This document shows, piece by piece, positions 38,299 to 50,846 of a DNA stretch of 64,000 bases; position 1 is the first letter of the stretch; each line of letters opens with the position of its first letter. Source of the stretch: Octopus sinensis. Its lineage: Eukaryota. The stretch lies in the NCBI RefSeq assembly GCF_006345805.1, contig NW_021833436.1:11132-75131 (forward strand), given 5' to 3'. The notes beneath the pieces are model-generated. The model was not told the origin of the DNA, searched no databases, and worked only from the letters and a program-made list of their open reading frames with translations. Position numbers and translations under genes: made by a program.

Positions 38299-40850
38299 AT
38301 TTATTTATTTATTTATTTATTTACGCTCGTTCAATGAATTAACTAACTATTATTTAATAATCATAATAAATTATTTAATTCATTGGACGGGCGTAAAATT
38401 AATTGTAGACACAAAGTACTTTACTTATATAATAAATAAATTTTTAGATAAATAGCGACTAAATTTAAACCCTATTTTTGTTTCTAATTTGTAGTTATAT
38501 TTTGTACTACTATTAATTCTAAAATTTAGCATGTGATCTTATATTGTATATTACATACTTTAATAAGTCTAATTTGGTATTAATTATTGAATAAATAAAT
38601 AATTAAATAAATAAATTAATTAATTACTTGTAGTAGTGTTGTGATTGCACTTCTGTAGGTGGTTTGAGTATAAGTCAATAAGAGTTAGTAAAGGTTCTCT
38701 AAATACTTAGAGTTATATTATATTTAGATGTTTATTTTATTGCTAAATATATAATTTATTTAGTGCATATAAATTAAAAGATAGTTATTTCATTTTTGTG
38801 GTTGATATTGTTATTATTATTATTATGATTATTATATATCTACTAAAATTAATAGTATTAAGTATATATATCTTTTTGGTAATAGTTTTAGTAACGTTAA
38901 ATAAATAATTTTGAATGTGTAGTAAAATAATTTTTTCTTTATGTACTCTTTATTTATAATGATAATATATGCTTTATTTATTCAATTAATTAGCGAAGTC
39001 TTTGATCTAAATATAAATTACTTTACCTATATAATAAGTTTAATCTATTATTATTTTAGCATTTGTTTTGAGTATTAATATGATATATATTTGTTATAAA
39101 CGACAGTTAAGTTTATAGTTTGTAATAATTTTTTTTTATATCAAAATGTATTTATATCGTATATTTCGAAGTAAATTTATTTAGATGTTTATTTAATTAA
39201 TTATTATTAATAAATTTTAATTACATCATAGTTTTAAAATTAATTTAAGCTTATTAATTAGTGGTTATAATATAGATACTGAATGAATTACTACTGAGTT
39301 AATATTGAATGTTTTAAATAAAGATTTGACTCCAACGTAACCATATTTTTTATATATATGAAATAAATTAATTTGTATAAGATTATTGGAGAATATACAG
39401 TAAATAGTAGTTATATAAATTATTTTAATTTATAGAGTTTTGAGTATAATTTATTGTAGTTAATTATAAATTTTAGTTTTATTGTGAAAGATATGATAGT
39501 GTATAGTGATTCTATTCTCTATTAATGAATTTGTTCTCTTTATCTATTAAATCTAAAATATATTCGTAGTTTTCATTGATGAAATATATTCGTAGTTTTC
39601 ATTGATAAATGAATATTTCCATCTCTTTGTTCTATTTCTGTTAATAACGTAATTCCACAAGTTTTATTATAAACGCTTAAAAAGTTGTTTTCCGTTTCGA
39701 AATTTTAGTTAATGACTCGCTTTTCGAAAGTTAAGTAAACTTTTTTATTCAATAAATTTTATTGTATTCTATATAACTATTGATTGTTAAATTTGAATTT
39801 ATAATTATTTTAGTTGTTTATGATAATTTAGATATGTACATTTATTTAATTATTATTAATATATAATTATTATAACTGAACGTAAATTTTAAGATATTAG
39901 TTAGTCACTGTGGTATATAGATCGTAAAAATTCTTTTGATAAGGATGATAATAGTGATGATAATAGTAGTAATAAGATTGTTTAAAGATAGGTTATACAT
40001 TTTTAATTTGATTTTTTAATTTTTAAATTGTATTTCATAAATATATTATATAGATATTTATAATATTTATGCAACTAATAATGGACTAATTAAATTTTGG
40101 TTTTATGTTTATATATTTATTGATAGAGAAAATTTTAGATTTTTAATTACTAAATTTGTTGATTATGATTTAGATACTTATTTTCATGTATTTATTATTT
40201 TATAATTATTAGATGTGAACTTTAATCTAAAAATATTAAGAGTGATTATTTTGCTAAATAAATTGGTAATTAAATATTGGAGTATAACTGAGTTCGATAG
40301 TTTATTGTTTTTTAAGCCAAATTATATCTTCAAAGATAAATACATATTTCTATCTATTTTTTCACCTTAAAAATTAAATATTTAACATAATAAATGTGTT
40401 GTAGGAAATAATCTTAATGTTTTAAGTTTCAAATTTAGTTAATGGAGTTTCTTTCTATAAGAAAAATTATTATTTTATTTATTTTTTTAAATAAATATTG
40501 TTTAACTCTATTTGCATATTTGTTTAACTGTTATCATTAACCTGAAGATTGACTATAATTTTAAATCGAATTTAATTCAATTGAATTTAAACTTAACTGT
40601 AATTCGAATTTAATTGTAGCCATGAAACGTACGCAGTTTTTTTACTTATTATATATTGATCATTCATTTTTATACTTTTTGAGATCTAGTTATATGATTT
40701 ATAAAAATATATATTATTTGCTTTTTACGTTTTGGCTTATGTCTATCACAGTTTGAGTAGCATAATAGTGGTTTTATCTCTAATTTATATTTTATATATT
40801 TATATTGTGTAATTCATTTTAATACTAAACTGAATTTTCCCCAGTAAGTT
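38299..40850 (-). mobile_element. Cryptic, heavily mutated CR1/L2-group LINE (RT plus 3' end) in intron 3
   Basis: Manual minus-strand translation gives, in the correct order: NV*PIFK (~40000), SLLSSLSKEF (~39950), LNFRKA (~39735; cf. LDF.KAFD), TQNSI (~39445; cf. PQGS) and LLFTVY..NNL (~39400; cf. LLF..YINDL). A 3' stem-loop and (TAAA)n tail follow at 38299-38397. Confidence 0.72.
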
Positions 40851-40865
40851 TGGAGTTATACTCCG

Positions 40866-40928
<63 letters not shown>

Positions 40929-41024
40929 ATTTATGTATGTATATATTAATAATAATAGTATGACAACAAAAGAATGAATGAGACCTCGATATTATGTAAA
41001 TAGAGGAATTTATCTATAATATAA

Positions 41025-41920
41025 TATGTGACAATTAGTTGGTTGCCATAATAAAACACAGACTTTCGGTTGTCGGGGCGGAATACAAAAATGCTATGAA
41101 AATGACCATTAAATAAAGGGAAATTACTATGAAGATGACCGTTATTTAGAAAAACAAGAGAGCTATGATAATGACCGTTAAATAAAGGGAAATTACCCGA
41201 ATAGGAAGAAAGTAAAAATACTCGAAGGTAAACACACGCTCATAGAATCCGCGTATGCGTGCATGTTCATACATGCACATGCGGACACGCACACCCACGT
41301 GCATGTGCATATATGCCTATGCTCGCTCAACCTCGCGTGAAATACATACATGCACACACACACACACCTATATGTATACATATGTATGCATCCATACACA
41401 TGTACACATATACATACTCGCACACACGTACACATACACGTATATCTATCCATACGCGCAAAATTATGCTCATATACACGTCTCTATATGCACTTGCACA
41501 AATATGAATGGTCTGTACATTACCTTTCACTCTGCATATTTGTGCATGTACGTATAGAAACGTGTATATGAAAATAATTGTGCGCGTAAGGGTAAAAATA
41601 CGTGTGTATGGGTATGTATATGTGTACATATGTATGGATACATAAGGTGTATGTGTGTGTGTGCATGTATGTGTTTCACTTGAGTGTGAGTGAGCATATG
41701 CATATATGCACATGGGCGTGCGTGCGCGCATGTGCATGTATGGAGAGTGGGTTTACCTTCGAGTATTTTTACTTTCTCCCTATTCAGGGAATTTCGCTTT
41801 GTGTAACGGTCATTTTCATAGCATTTTTGTCTTAATAACTGACGAGATGCCGGAGCAGAATTCTGCCCCGACATCCGAAACTCGAGTTTTATTATGGCAA
41901 CAGACTAATTGCCACATATT
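41025..41920. repeat. Diverged fold-back element (arms about 41025-41400 and 41620-41920)
   Basis: gaaagtaaaaatactcgaaggtaaac / gtttaccttcgagtatttttactttc; tgccataataaaac / gttttattatggca; caaaaatgctatgaaaatgacc / ggtcattttcatagcatttttg. Confidence 0.85.
41833..41894 (+). ncRNA. Type I minimal hammerhead ribozyme motif
   Basis: taataa CTGACGA gatgccggagcag-aatt-ctgccccgacatcc GAAAC tcga GTT ttatta: complete core, stem I taataa/ttatta, long stem II, palindromic stem III. Confidence 0.8.
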
Positions 41921-42459
41921 ATATCCTCTTTTCTCTCTTTCTCTGTCTCTCTCTCCTTACATACCCACCTTCCCCTTCATCCTTCGTCAACGCTCCCCCA
42001 TAAGCTCACCTCACCCCTACACATTCCTACTCCACCTTCCCTATCCTTCCCATCCACCCATCCTATCCCCTTCACCCTCTCCCACATACTCCATCTCTAC
42101 CCCACCCTCTGCCCACCCACATACCACAACAGTACCCCAACCCTCAGCCGAACCCACACCCCACCCGTGCTTTCCCCACTCTCGCCTCCCCACCTCCCAA
42201 CAACATCACACACACCAAACTACATCATACAACGTTACTCATTATATCACAATACATCACCCACACACCAGCACTGACCAATTCCCATCCACACATTTTC
42301 ACAGCTACACATACATATATGCACACGTCAAGACCACCAGCCCTCTTTCACACGCACATACGTACTCATTTATACACACACGCACCTTCGTGTTTGGGGT
42401 CATCTTTATTTTGTTATCTCCCCTACTTCTTCGCTCTCCTGTGTGACCCTTCTGTCCGG

Positions 42460-42660
42460 AGTCGCCATGATAGATCGGTAGTCACTACACATGTTTTCTC
42501 TCCTTGTTTCTCTCCTTGTTTTTTTCTGTGTCTTTTTCTGTAGAAGAGCATAGGCTCGAAACGTAAAAGACTTTTTCAATTTCTGAGCGTTATACTAATA
42601 CATCTGTTTGTTTTGTACACCACCTGTCTTGGTCTTTTGTTTTTTCGTGAACTCTCTCCT
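42460..42660 (+). repeat. Short dispersed repeat with hammerhead-like core; inverted copy at about 49612-49810
   Basis: ctgtRgaagagcRtaggctcGAAACGTAaaa and gagcgttatactaatacatctgtttgttt occur in both copies. Confidence 0.75.
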
Positions 42661-42694
42661 ATATATATATATATATACTCATACATACATATAT

Positions 42695-42789
<95 letters not shown>

Positions 42790-43689
42790 GAACATGAAAA
42801 CATGATATACGTTAAACTATTTCTTTATCGCTGCTGAATTATTTCTTTTTGCCACCGAGATCAAGGAAGAGATTTCGGTATCTAGTTGTGTGACAAAAAT
42901 AGCAAGAATTAAATTTGAATTAATATATACGGTAGGATATGATTCATGGAAGAGCACGAAATTATTCTTGACACAAGCACAAAATCTAAAATTTGAGGCG
43001 GGTGGCTTGTAGTCTATTACTCTGATTGCAGAGAAATACAAGGTAAAGTTAGCCACGGAGGCATATAGATTCAAAATTTAAAAGGCTAGCACAAACACCC
43101 CGAATCATTTCCAAAACTCTCGAACAAACTTGGAGTGGAAGTTATAAGGCGTGAATAAATGTAATGTTTTCTACTGATATTATTATTTATAGTCTACTTT
43201 ATGATGTTCCCTAACTTTCCTAATAACAATACGTGTGTAGCTGAATATTTTATGAAACCATTAAAAGAGAAAAAAATAGATAATTAGAAATATAATTATT
43301 ACAGTAAGTGGTTGTTGTTTTCTAACGTTGTGATTTTACAATCCTAACATTCACACTGATATTTCTCGTAAGTCATATATTTGGGAAATAGCCTGAACAA
43401 TTCATCTGTCCGCTCTCTGGACGTTTAAAGTGTGATCTTGCTCTTCAAGATTGACAAATACAATATTTCTCCAGATATCAGTGTTGTTCAACTAGCTAGA
43501 AATAACAGTTAAATTATCTTTTCTTCATGTTTATCGTCACTAGAAAAGATCCCATAAGGCCTCGTGTAGGTAGTGATCCACTTAAAGACGGATAGTGTCG
43601 TGAATGAGATCTTTGGTATTAAGTCACCCGTTGTTCACGGCAAGCCCAATGCTAAATAACAACTAAATAACAGCAAATATTCCTACTCC

Positions 43690-43721
43690 ACCTCCACCTC
43701 TTCCTCCTCCTCCTCCTCCTC

Positions 43722-43764
<43 letters not shown>

Positions 43765-43780
43765 CACCACCACCACCACC

Positions 43781-43854
<74 letters not shown>

Positions 43855-43855
43855 A
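43690..43855. repeat. Compound microsatellite (CCT)n(CTA)n(CCA)n(CTA)n
   Basis: Directly visible. Confidence 0.95.
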
Positions 43856-44839
43856 ACGTTAATAAATTTCTAAAGATGTACTTTGCATTCAGCTTGAAAA
43901 GCACTTATATCATAAATATGTGATCAGCTTTCATATTATTCATAACCTTATACTGTAGAATCACGTTGCAAATTTTCCTAGGAGAAAGAAATATCAATTT
44001 TGATGGAAATTTTACAGCTAGTCAATGAGCGATAGTAACTTTCTTTTATTGCATATCGTAATGGCTGTAAACGATATCGAATATTTGGATTACAAAAGCA
44101 AAGTTGTAAACGCAAAAATCATTATCTTTCTTCTCATAAAGAAAATCTATTCCTTCTTAAGCCTTTCATTATGATCATCTGTTTTAAAAACAACTAGCAG
44201 TATAACACGGCTTTGACCGGGATTAAGTAAGGATTATTAAGCAAATTAAGATCTTTATTTCAAACCAAACTAAGTAGCATCTACGTCAAATTTGTGGGAA
44301 ATTGGTTTATATATATATGGGCAACACAAACACATACACACGCATACGTGCGTACACCTATTGCATACAAGTTTTTTGCACACATACATGTTCGTGTGTG
44401 TGTTTGTGTGTGTGCGTTGCCCGTATATCAATAAAACACCTTTTTCGTCGATTGAAAAATAACAAAAGTCTTAACAAAACTTACTCGTCGCTAGAAGGGG
44501 ACTTAACTCCTGTTTGCAAACAATTGTGATTTCTCCGACTTGAAAATTGTTAAAAGTTTTGGTTGAAAATTTATTTTTTACTGCTATTCACTGGTACCTG
44601 GTAAAAATAAGTTGACGAAAATACAGCTAGGATCTGGACGAATATTCTCCTGAAATGTATTGGTGAACAGTCAACAGCGTTGGAGAGCATAAATATTAAC
44701 GTTGTAGCTGAGAAAAAGTCAGCTGACATGGAAGACAAGAAAGTAGCTGAATATTGGAAAGATTTACCTGTATCAAATGCCAGTCTCATGGCTTCTGCTC
44801 AAAGTTCTGTGCGCAATGAAATAACAATAAGATCTGATA

Positions 44840-45325
44840 CGGTCATCATGAAAGCGAAGTTATCCCAAAATGTGATGGTCTTTGGGAGTGTCTCCAGTAA
44901 GGATGACGTCATGCATCCCACATCCTTGAGCAGGGATTAAAGCACAATACATTTAGCTATGCGAAGCTTCTAGAGACTGTAGTCAAACCCTACCTGAAGA
45001 GGGTTGCTACTGGAAAACCATATGTGTGGTGGTAGGATTCGTCGTCTTGCCATACCTCTTGAAATATTCAAAGTGGTTGTCGTAGAATATCTACGACTTC
45101 ACCTGCTCCAACTTTGGAGATCCTAATTTCTCCAATTTCCATCCAACGGATTATTACGTGTGGGGCACAGTTGAGGACACCAACTGCCCTGCCTGCAACA
45201 CTAAAGCCGTGCTGGTAGCCGAGTTCAAGGAGGTGTCTGAAGCTTTCCCATGTACATATTGAGGAACGCATGTGCCAAGTTTCGGAGCTGTCTTGAGGCC
45301 GTGATGGAAACTGAGGACGGTATTT
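44840..45325 (+). mobile_element. Tc1/mariner-superfamily transposase 3' fragment
   Basis: VIMKAKLSQNVMVFGSVSSKDDVMHP; NACAKFRSCLEAVME; related to 25000-25500. Confidence 0.7.
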
Positions 45326-46681
45326 TGAGTATACCTTTATCTGCTAGCCATAATGCTGTTATAATGTGGATCCTTGTCCCCTTGTATGTTATTGTCGGCA
45401 CTATAATATTCTTGTCGTCACTATTACGTTGTGGTGGTATTCCACATCTTATTATCTTTGACTCGTCTATCGTGCTTTCGCTGATAGCTGCGCAAGACAA
45501 TAACTTTTAAACGTCTACCTTGACGGTAAACTCGAACTCGTATATATCACGTAACTGACTCAGATTCCAACTGAGAACTCTTACAACGACTGTACTACTA
45601 CTGACTTCCTACAACGATTGACTATCTGGCTTGTCACGGGGAAAGCGGGGTACCATTTTCACTACAACAATATTTTGAATATATTTTAAATATATTTTTT
45701 TAATTTTTTGATGGAATATTGTGTTTTCTTTTCCTTTTATGCAAACTTTCAAATTTAACCTGAACACCCTGTACATTGATTTTTGAAATGTGCTCAAAGC
45801 TCAAAGATTTGGGGAGCAAAGATCAATTAAATCGACTTTTGTCACTAGAGAGAACGAAATCCCAAGCCCAATCTGATTTCAGATAACATCCTGTCGACAA
45901 AATCTGAACTCCTGATGTAAAAATTGTGCGTTATAGTCAGAAGGCTTTGTTCTTAACGCATATTTTTCTACTTTGATTTTGCAAATTGCAGTATTTTCTT
46001 TGCATTAGTTATGATAATATAAGGGTTTTTTTTTTATTTCAATAAAATTGCAGTTCAGTGACTGAAACCAGCATACATGAATGTTCGGATTGTTTGTTTA
46101 TTTTACTCGAAACAGGTTTATTTGCATTAAAAGCGTGGAAATGTGTGTTTGAAAACGAAACCTACATCGTGGGAATTGTTTTAGCCAATTATGCCGATTT
46201 GCAAACTTTTTTCAATCCAAGGCACATTCAATTAGGTTCAATACGATAGTCCATTAGATTTTTGAAATGTTATATACCTGTGTATGCATTATGTTTGCAT
46301 TTATAAATATTATATAAAAAGGGATATGGGGCCGCGCATTACATTTCGCCACGTTTCAAAATATTTAGCCGTTTCTCTACTACACTAAAAACGGGGCACA
46401 CTACCGGATCATATGCAGCTGTTAAGTGTGTTGCAGCAGAGTGAGTGAAAATATGTATGTTGAGTGATCGATCATTTGACTCGTTCAAAATGCATGATGC
46501 AATACAGAATACTCTTTGTCGGCAAAATTAGGGCCGGATGTCATGATTGATTACGGCTACGCCGGGGCTTAACTACAACAATAACAAGGATAACAAGAAG
46601 ATACTATAATGGTCAAACATAGATCGAATGATAAGTTTTTGCAAGCTGATTCTTTACTTGTGTTTTATGTTTGTTTTTCAG

Positions 46682-46914
46682 AACAGTGGCCAGACGTGAG
46701 CTTTCATTTTGGATTATGTAGAGATATTGATAAGTACCTCTTGGTATGGCAGAATGGAGAAGCACTTACGTTTGGATTCTGGCAGAAGAATAGACCTGAC
46801 AATTATGGAGGCGATCAGCACTGTGGAGTTTTAACTCATTATAGTAATCACAGATGGAATGATATAAAGTGTGACGACGAATGGGGATATATATGCGAGA
46901 TAGTCGTGAGATAA
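46682..46914 (+). CDS. PAN/Apple + C-type lectin gene, terminal exon 4 (C-terminal half of the CTLD)
   Basis: Acceptor gtttgtttttcag|, phase 1. [35 protein letters not shown], then stop at 46914. Confidence 0.9.
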
Positions 46915-47023
46915 ATGTGTAGCTGAAAAAACCGTAACGCACACGTACACACACATACATATATACGTACTCTTATATATATATGTGTGTGCGTGTGTAT
47001 GTATATATGTGTATATATATATG

Positions 47024-47111
<88 letters not shown>

Positions 47112-47167
47112 GGTGCCCCAGCATGGCCACAGCTCGTGAGCTGAAACTAGATAAAATAAAAGATAAA

Positions 47168-47224
<57 letters not shown>

Positions 47225-47582
47225 CTAGCCAAATTGTCTACTTTTCCTTTCTACTTTAACTTCTCTCCCTCTCTCTTTTTCTCTCTGTCACTGACTGTCT
47301 GTCTGTCTATCTGTTTCTCTCACTTTCACTGTTTCTCTCTCTCTCTCTCGCTATATATATATATATAAAACCTCTTCAATCTTTCTCCCTCCCACTCCTC
47401 CTCTCTCTTCGCCGCGTGTCCCCCTTCTCCTTCCCTCTTCCTTGCCTATAAAACAAAATTCCTTTACGCGTGGTTCCCACTATTGAAAAGACTGCCTCCA
47501 CGCGCTGCTACTACACTTTCGTCCTTGCCAGCAAAAGGCCCTTTCGTTCGTCCCCCTGTGTGGTTGATTTCCTGTATAGTAT

Positions 47583-47860
47583 TCTTTTTATTTTCTCGTT
47601 TTGTAACTAATTGTATTTTTTGTACATGTATTTTTATTTTTGCAGTTTTATTGTTTGTCTATGCCAGAAAAAAAGGCTTTTTCGTTCGTCCTCTTGTGTG
47701 TTTGTTTTTGTACATGTATCTCGTTTTGTAACTAATTGTATTTTTTGTATATGTATTTTTATTTTTGCAGTTTTATTGTTTGTCTATGCCAGAAAAAAGG
47801 CTTTTTCGTTCGTCCTCTTGTGTGTTTGTTTTTGTACATGTATTTTAATTTTGCAGTTTT
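47583..47860 (+). repeat. ~125 bp tandem repeat (a little over 2 copies)
   Basis: ORFs 47611 and 47736 start with near-identical peptides at offset 125. Confidence 0.9.
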
Positions 47861-48218
47861 ATTGTTACGTCTTGTTGTGTTCGTACTCATTTTGCCCCGC
47901 TGCTTGGAATTTTATTTTAATTCTCTCGCAGGAAGGCCTATGGATTAGTGTTCTGTCTTGCCTTCGAAACATGCCTGACTCCTCTAGCGACAGCTGATGA
48001 CGGGGGTTTTGTCCTTGTGTAGCTCGTCCTGTATTTGTTTTTCGTTTTCTTGTTTTTTGTTTTCCGTTTCCGTGTTTTTTGTTTTTTGGTTTTTTCCGTT
48101 TCTACGTCTTATTGTGATGTCCTGTACTCCCGTATAATTATTTATATATGCATGTATATATACATGTAGATGTAAGTACGTACATATATGTTTGTATGTA
48201 TGCATATATTTTTATTTA

Positions 48219-48260
<42 letters not shown>

Positions 48261-48634
48261 TAGCGAGAGAGAGAGATATATATATAAACAGTAAAAGTGA
48301 GAGAAACAGATACACAGGAAAAGCAAACAGTTTGGCTAAACTTGTCAAGGATACTTAAATTATATAATAAAAGGTTTGGATCATCCTGACGAAAATTCCG
48401 CGTATCTTTTAAATATATATATATATATGTGTGTGGGGGGGTGTATGTGTGTGTGGGTGTATGTGTGTGTGTGTGTGTGTAAGAAATAATTAAGATTCAG
48501 TTGAATTAGGTACTTCTGTTGAAGCACCATGTCAGTCTGGTGTCATCCGCACAGCTCGAAGTAAGTTGAGCAAAAAAACAACAACAACAGGATATCAAGT
48601 AGTAATGCGGTGCGACCATTTCAAGCGACTCCTT

Positions 48635-50530
48635 TTAATTGAAGAATTCAATCATTACATCAAATCAAATGCAGTGCTATCTTCAGCTGCACAATAAAAG
48701 AAAAAAATGTATATGGAATTTCAACAGGCAGGGTACATTAATATAAGGTTTCTTAAAATAAGGTTATTTTAAGTAAGAAGAAAGAAATTCATGTTGTCGC
48801 TATTGTAGCAGAAGTGGCTAACAAAAAAAAACAAGCTACAGTTCCCTAGAATAGCATGGAGCTTAGGGGGTTCATAGGGTTGTAATTCATTTCAAATTTA
48901 TTTATCTCTTTATCATCTACTAAAATCTGAGATTAGAAGACTGTGTATATTTTGAATAAAGAACAAGAGTGAGCCGACAGCTCATGGTCATAAATATTAC
49001 CATAGGTATCTCCTTCCTCCCAAGAGAAAAGAAACAAAACTTTAGGGAAAGTCAATTAGGTAGAAGTAATTGTCTGTAAAAAGAGATGGGATAGGGATAG
49101 ATATTAAATCTTGATGTTAATCACCAGTTAAAGGAGCAAGACACTATGACAAGATGCTCATACAAGGAAAATATTATTTGGGACACGCTGGGGGAACGTT
49201 TAACGACAATACTATTATGTCGTAAAAACATGAAATAAAATTTAAGAGTTCCAGAAAATGATATCATAACCAAAAGTGCTAAAGGGTATGTATGTATCAA
49301 TTATAAACATTAAAAAGGAAGATTACTATTATGTAGAATTAATTTAAATACCCCTTTCTTTAATTAATTGACTCTTATGTGATTTGTCTAAAGACTGTTC
49401 AAGTCACTTACATCTGGAATATCTAGAAAGATATACATATTATCTATTGATTTGAAGCAATGGATCAGAGCGGGATAATAAAGATAAGGGTAATACATAG
49501 ACATAATTAAATATAAGGCATATAATCAAAAGTATAAAATAATGCATACAGATACATATAAAAAGAGGATTTTTTATACACACACATACACACACACATC
49601 TATATATGCATAGAGGGAGAATTCACGAAAAAAAAACACAAGACGAAGACAGGGGTTGTAGAAACAAACAGATGTATTAGTATAACGCTCGGGAATTGAA
49701 AACGTATTTTACGTTTCGAGCCTACGCTCTTCCACAGAAAGGAACACAGAAAGAAACAAGGAGAGAAAAAAATGTGAGCCGCGGCTACCGACCTGTCGTG
49801 GCGACTGCCGTATATATACATATACACAAGTATATATACGCTTATATGAAAGAATATAGTATAAATATCTTGCATAGACCAAAGTAACTGAAATATATAA
49901 AATTAAGAACAAGACAACAATTTATAAAGGATAAGGTATTTATAAAGGTAATGATATCAAAGTAAGAAAACAAGACAATAAGAATTCCTATAAAACAATA
50001 AGAAATACATATAAAGAGATAGGGAATTAAATGCTAGAGGCAGGGAAAAGATAAAAGTAACCTAAAAAGAGAGGGTAATAGGTACGGAAGTAGTGACGGC
50101 AATAAAAGGTATTCAAACCGAAGTGGTTTTATAAGATGTAATATTACAGATGTTATTGTATGTATGGTTTTATAGTTCCTGGGGCGTATAGGATTTAGTC
50201 AAGGGAGACTTACTTTTATATCACTACAAATACATAATACGACTAGTAGGGTAGAAATTCATAGAAAGGGAAAATAGTGTAATCGCCAAAATAGGGTGAA
50301 GTAAGACTAACCAGGCAGGGGTTATCATGGGATAATAATACACATAGCATACCATATAGCCACCCCTGCTACAATAGCGACAACATGAATTTCTTCCATC
50401 TTCTTACCCTCTTAAAATATTTAAGAATATTAATGTATCCTACCTGTTGAAATTCCACATATATTTTTTTGTGTGTGCAGCTGAAGACAGCCCTGCAGTT
50501 AAATTGATGCAATGATTGCATTGTTTAATC
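48635..50530. repeat. Diverged inverted repeat, arms about 48635-48820 and 50357-50530
   Basis: aagaaattcatgttgtcgctattgtagcag / ctgctacaatagcgacaacatgaatttctt; tcttcagctgcaca / tgtgcagctgaaga. Confidence 0.8.
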
Positions 50531-50796
50531 AAACTTTATATATATATTATATAAGTATGGATTTGTATGTCGGTATATGTAAATATATATACATACACGT
50601 ACGTGCCTGTGTATGTGTAAGTGTGTGTGCGTGCGTGTATATATATAAACATACATATGAGTATACTCGTGTGTGTATTTGTGCGCATGCATTTTTATAT
50701 ATACGAAAATTTATATATACGAAGACGGATACTAATGAGTGTGCATGTGTGTGAATGCGCGTGAACATATATAAGCTTGTATGCGTGTATATGTGT

Positions 50797-50846
<50 letters not shown>

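Noticed and set aside
38100-40850. NUMT or alternative-genetic-code (TAA/TAG = Gln) insert suggested by extreme AT content and strand skew
   Set aside because: No recognisable mitochondrial rRNA, tRNA or protein motifs; ordered RT motifs and a LINE-type 3' tail on the minus strand explain it better.
41706-42446. 246 aa Pro/His/Thr-rich ORF
   Set aside because: Arises from pyrimidine- and CA-rich low-complexity repeat sequence; no domain and no splice support.
44190-44600. Possible Helitron/HINE-like 5' end (actagcagtataacacggctttgaccggg)
   Set aside because: Resemblance from memory only; no 3' hairpin or terminus could be identified.
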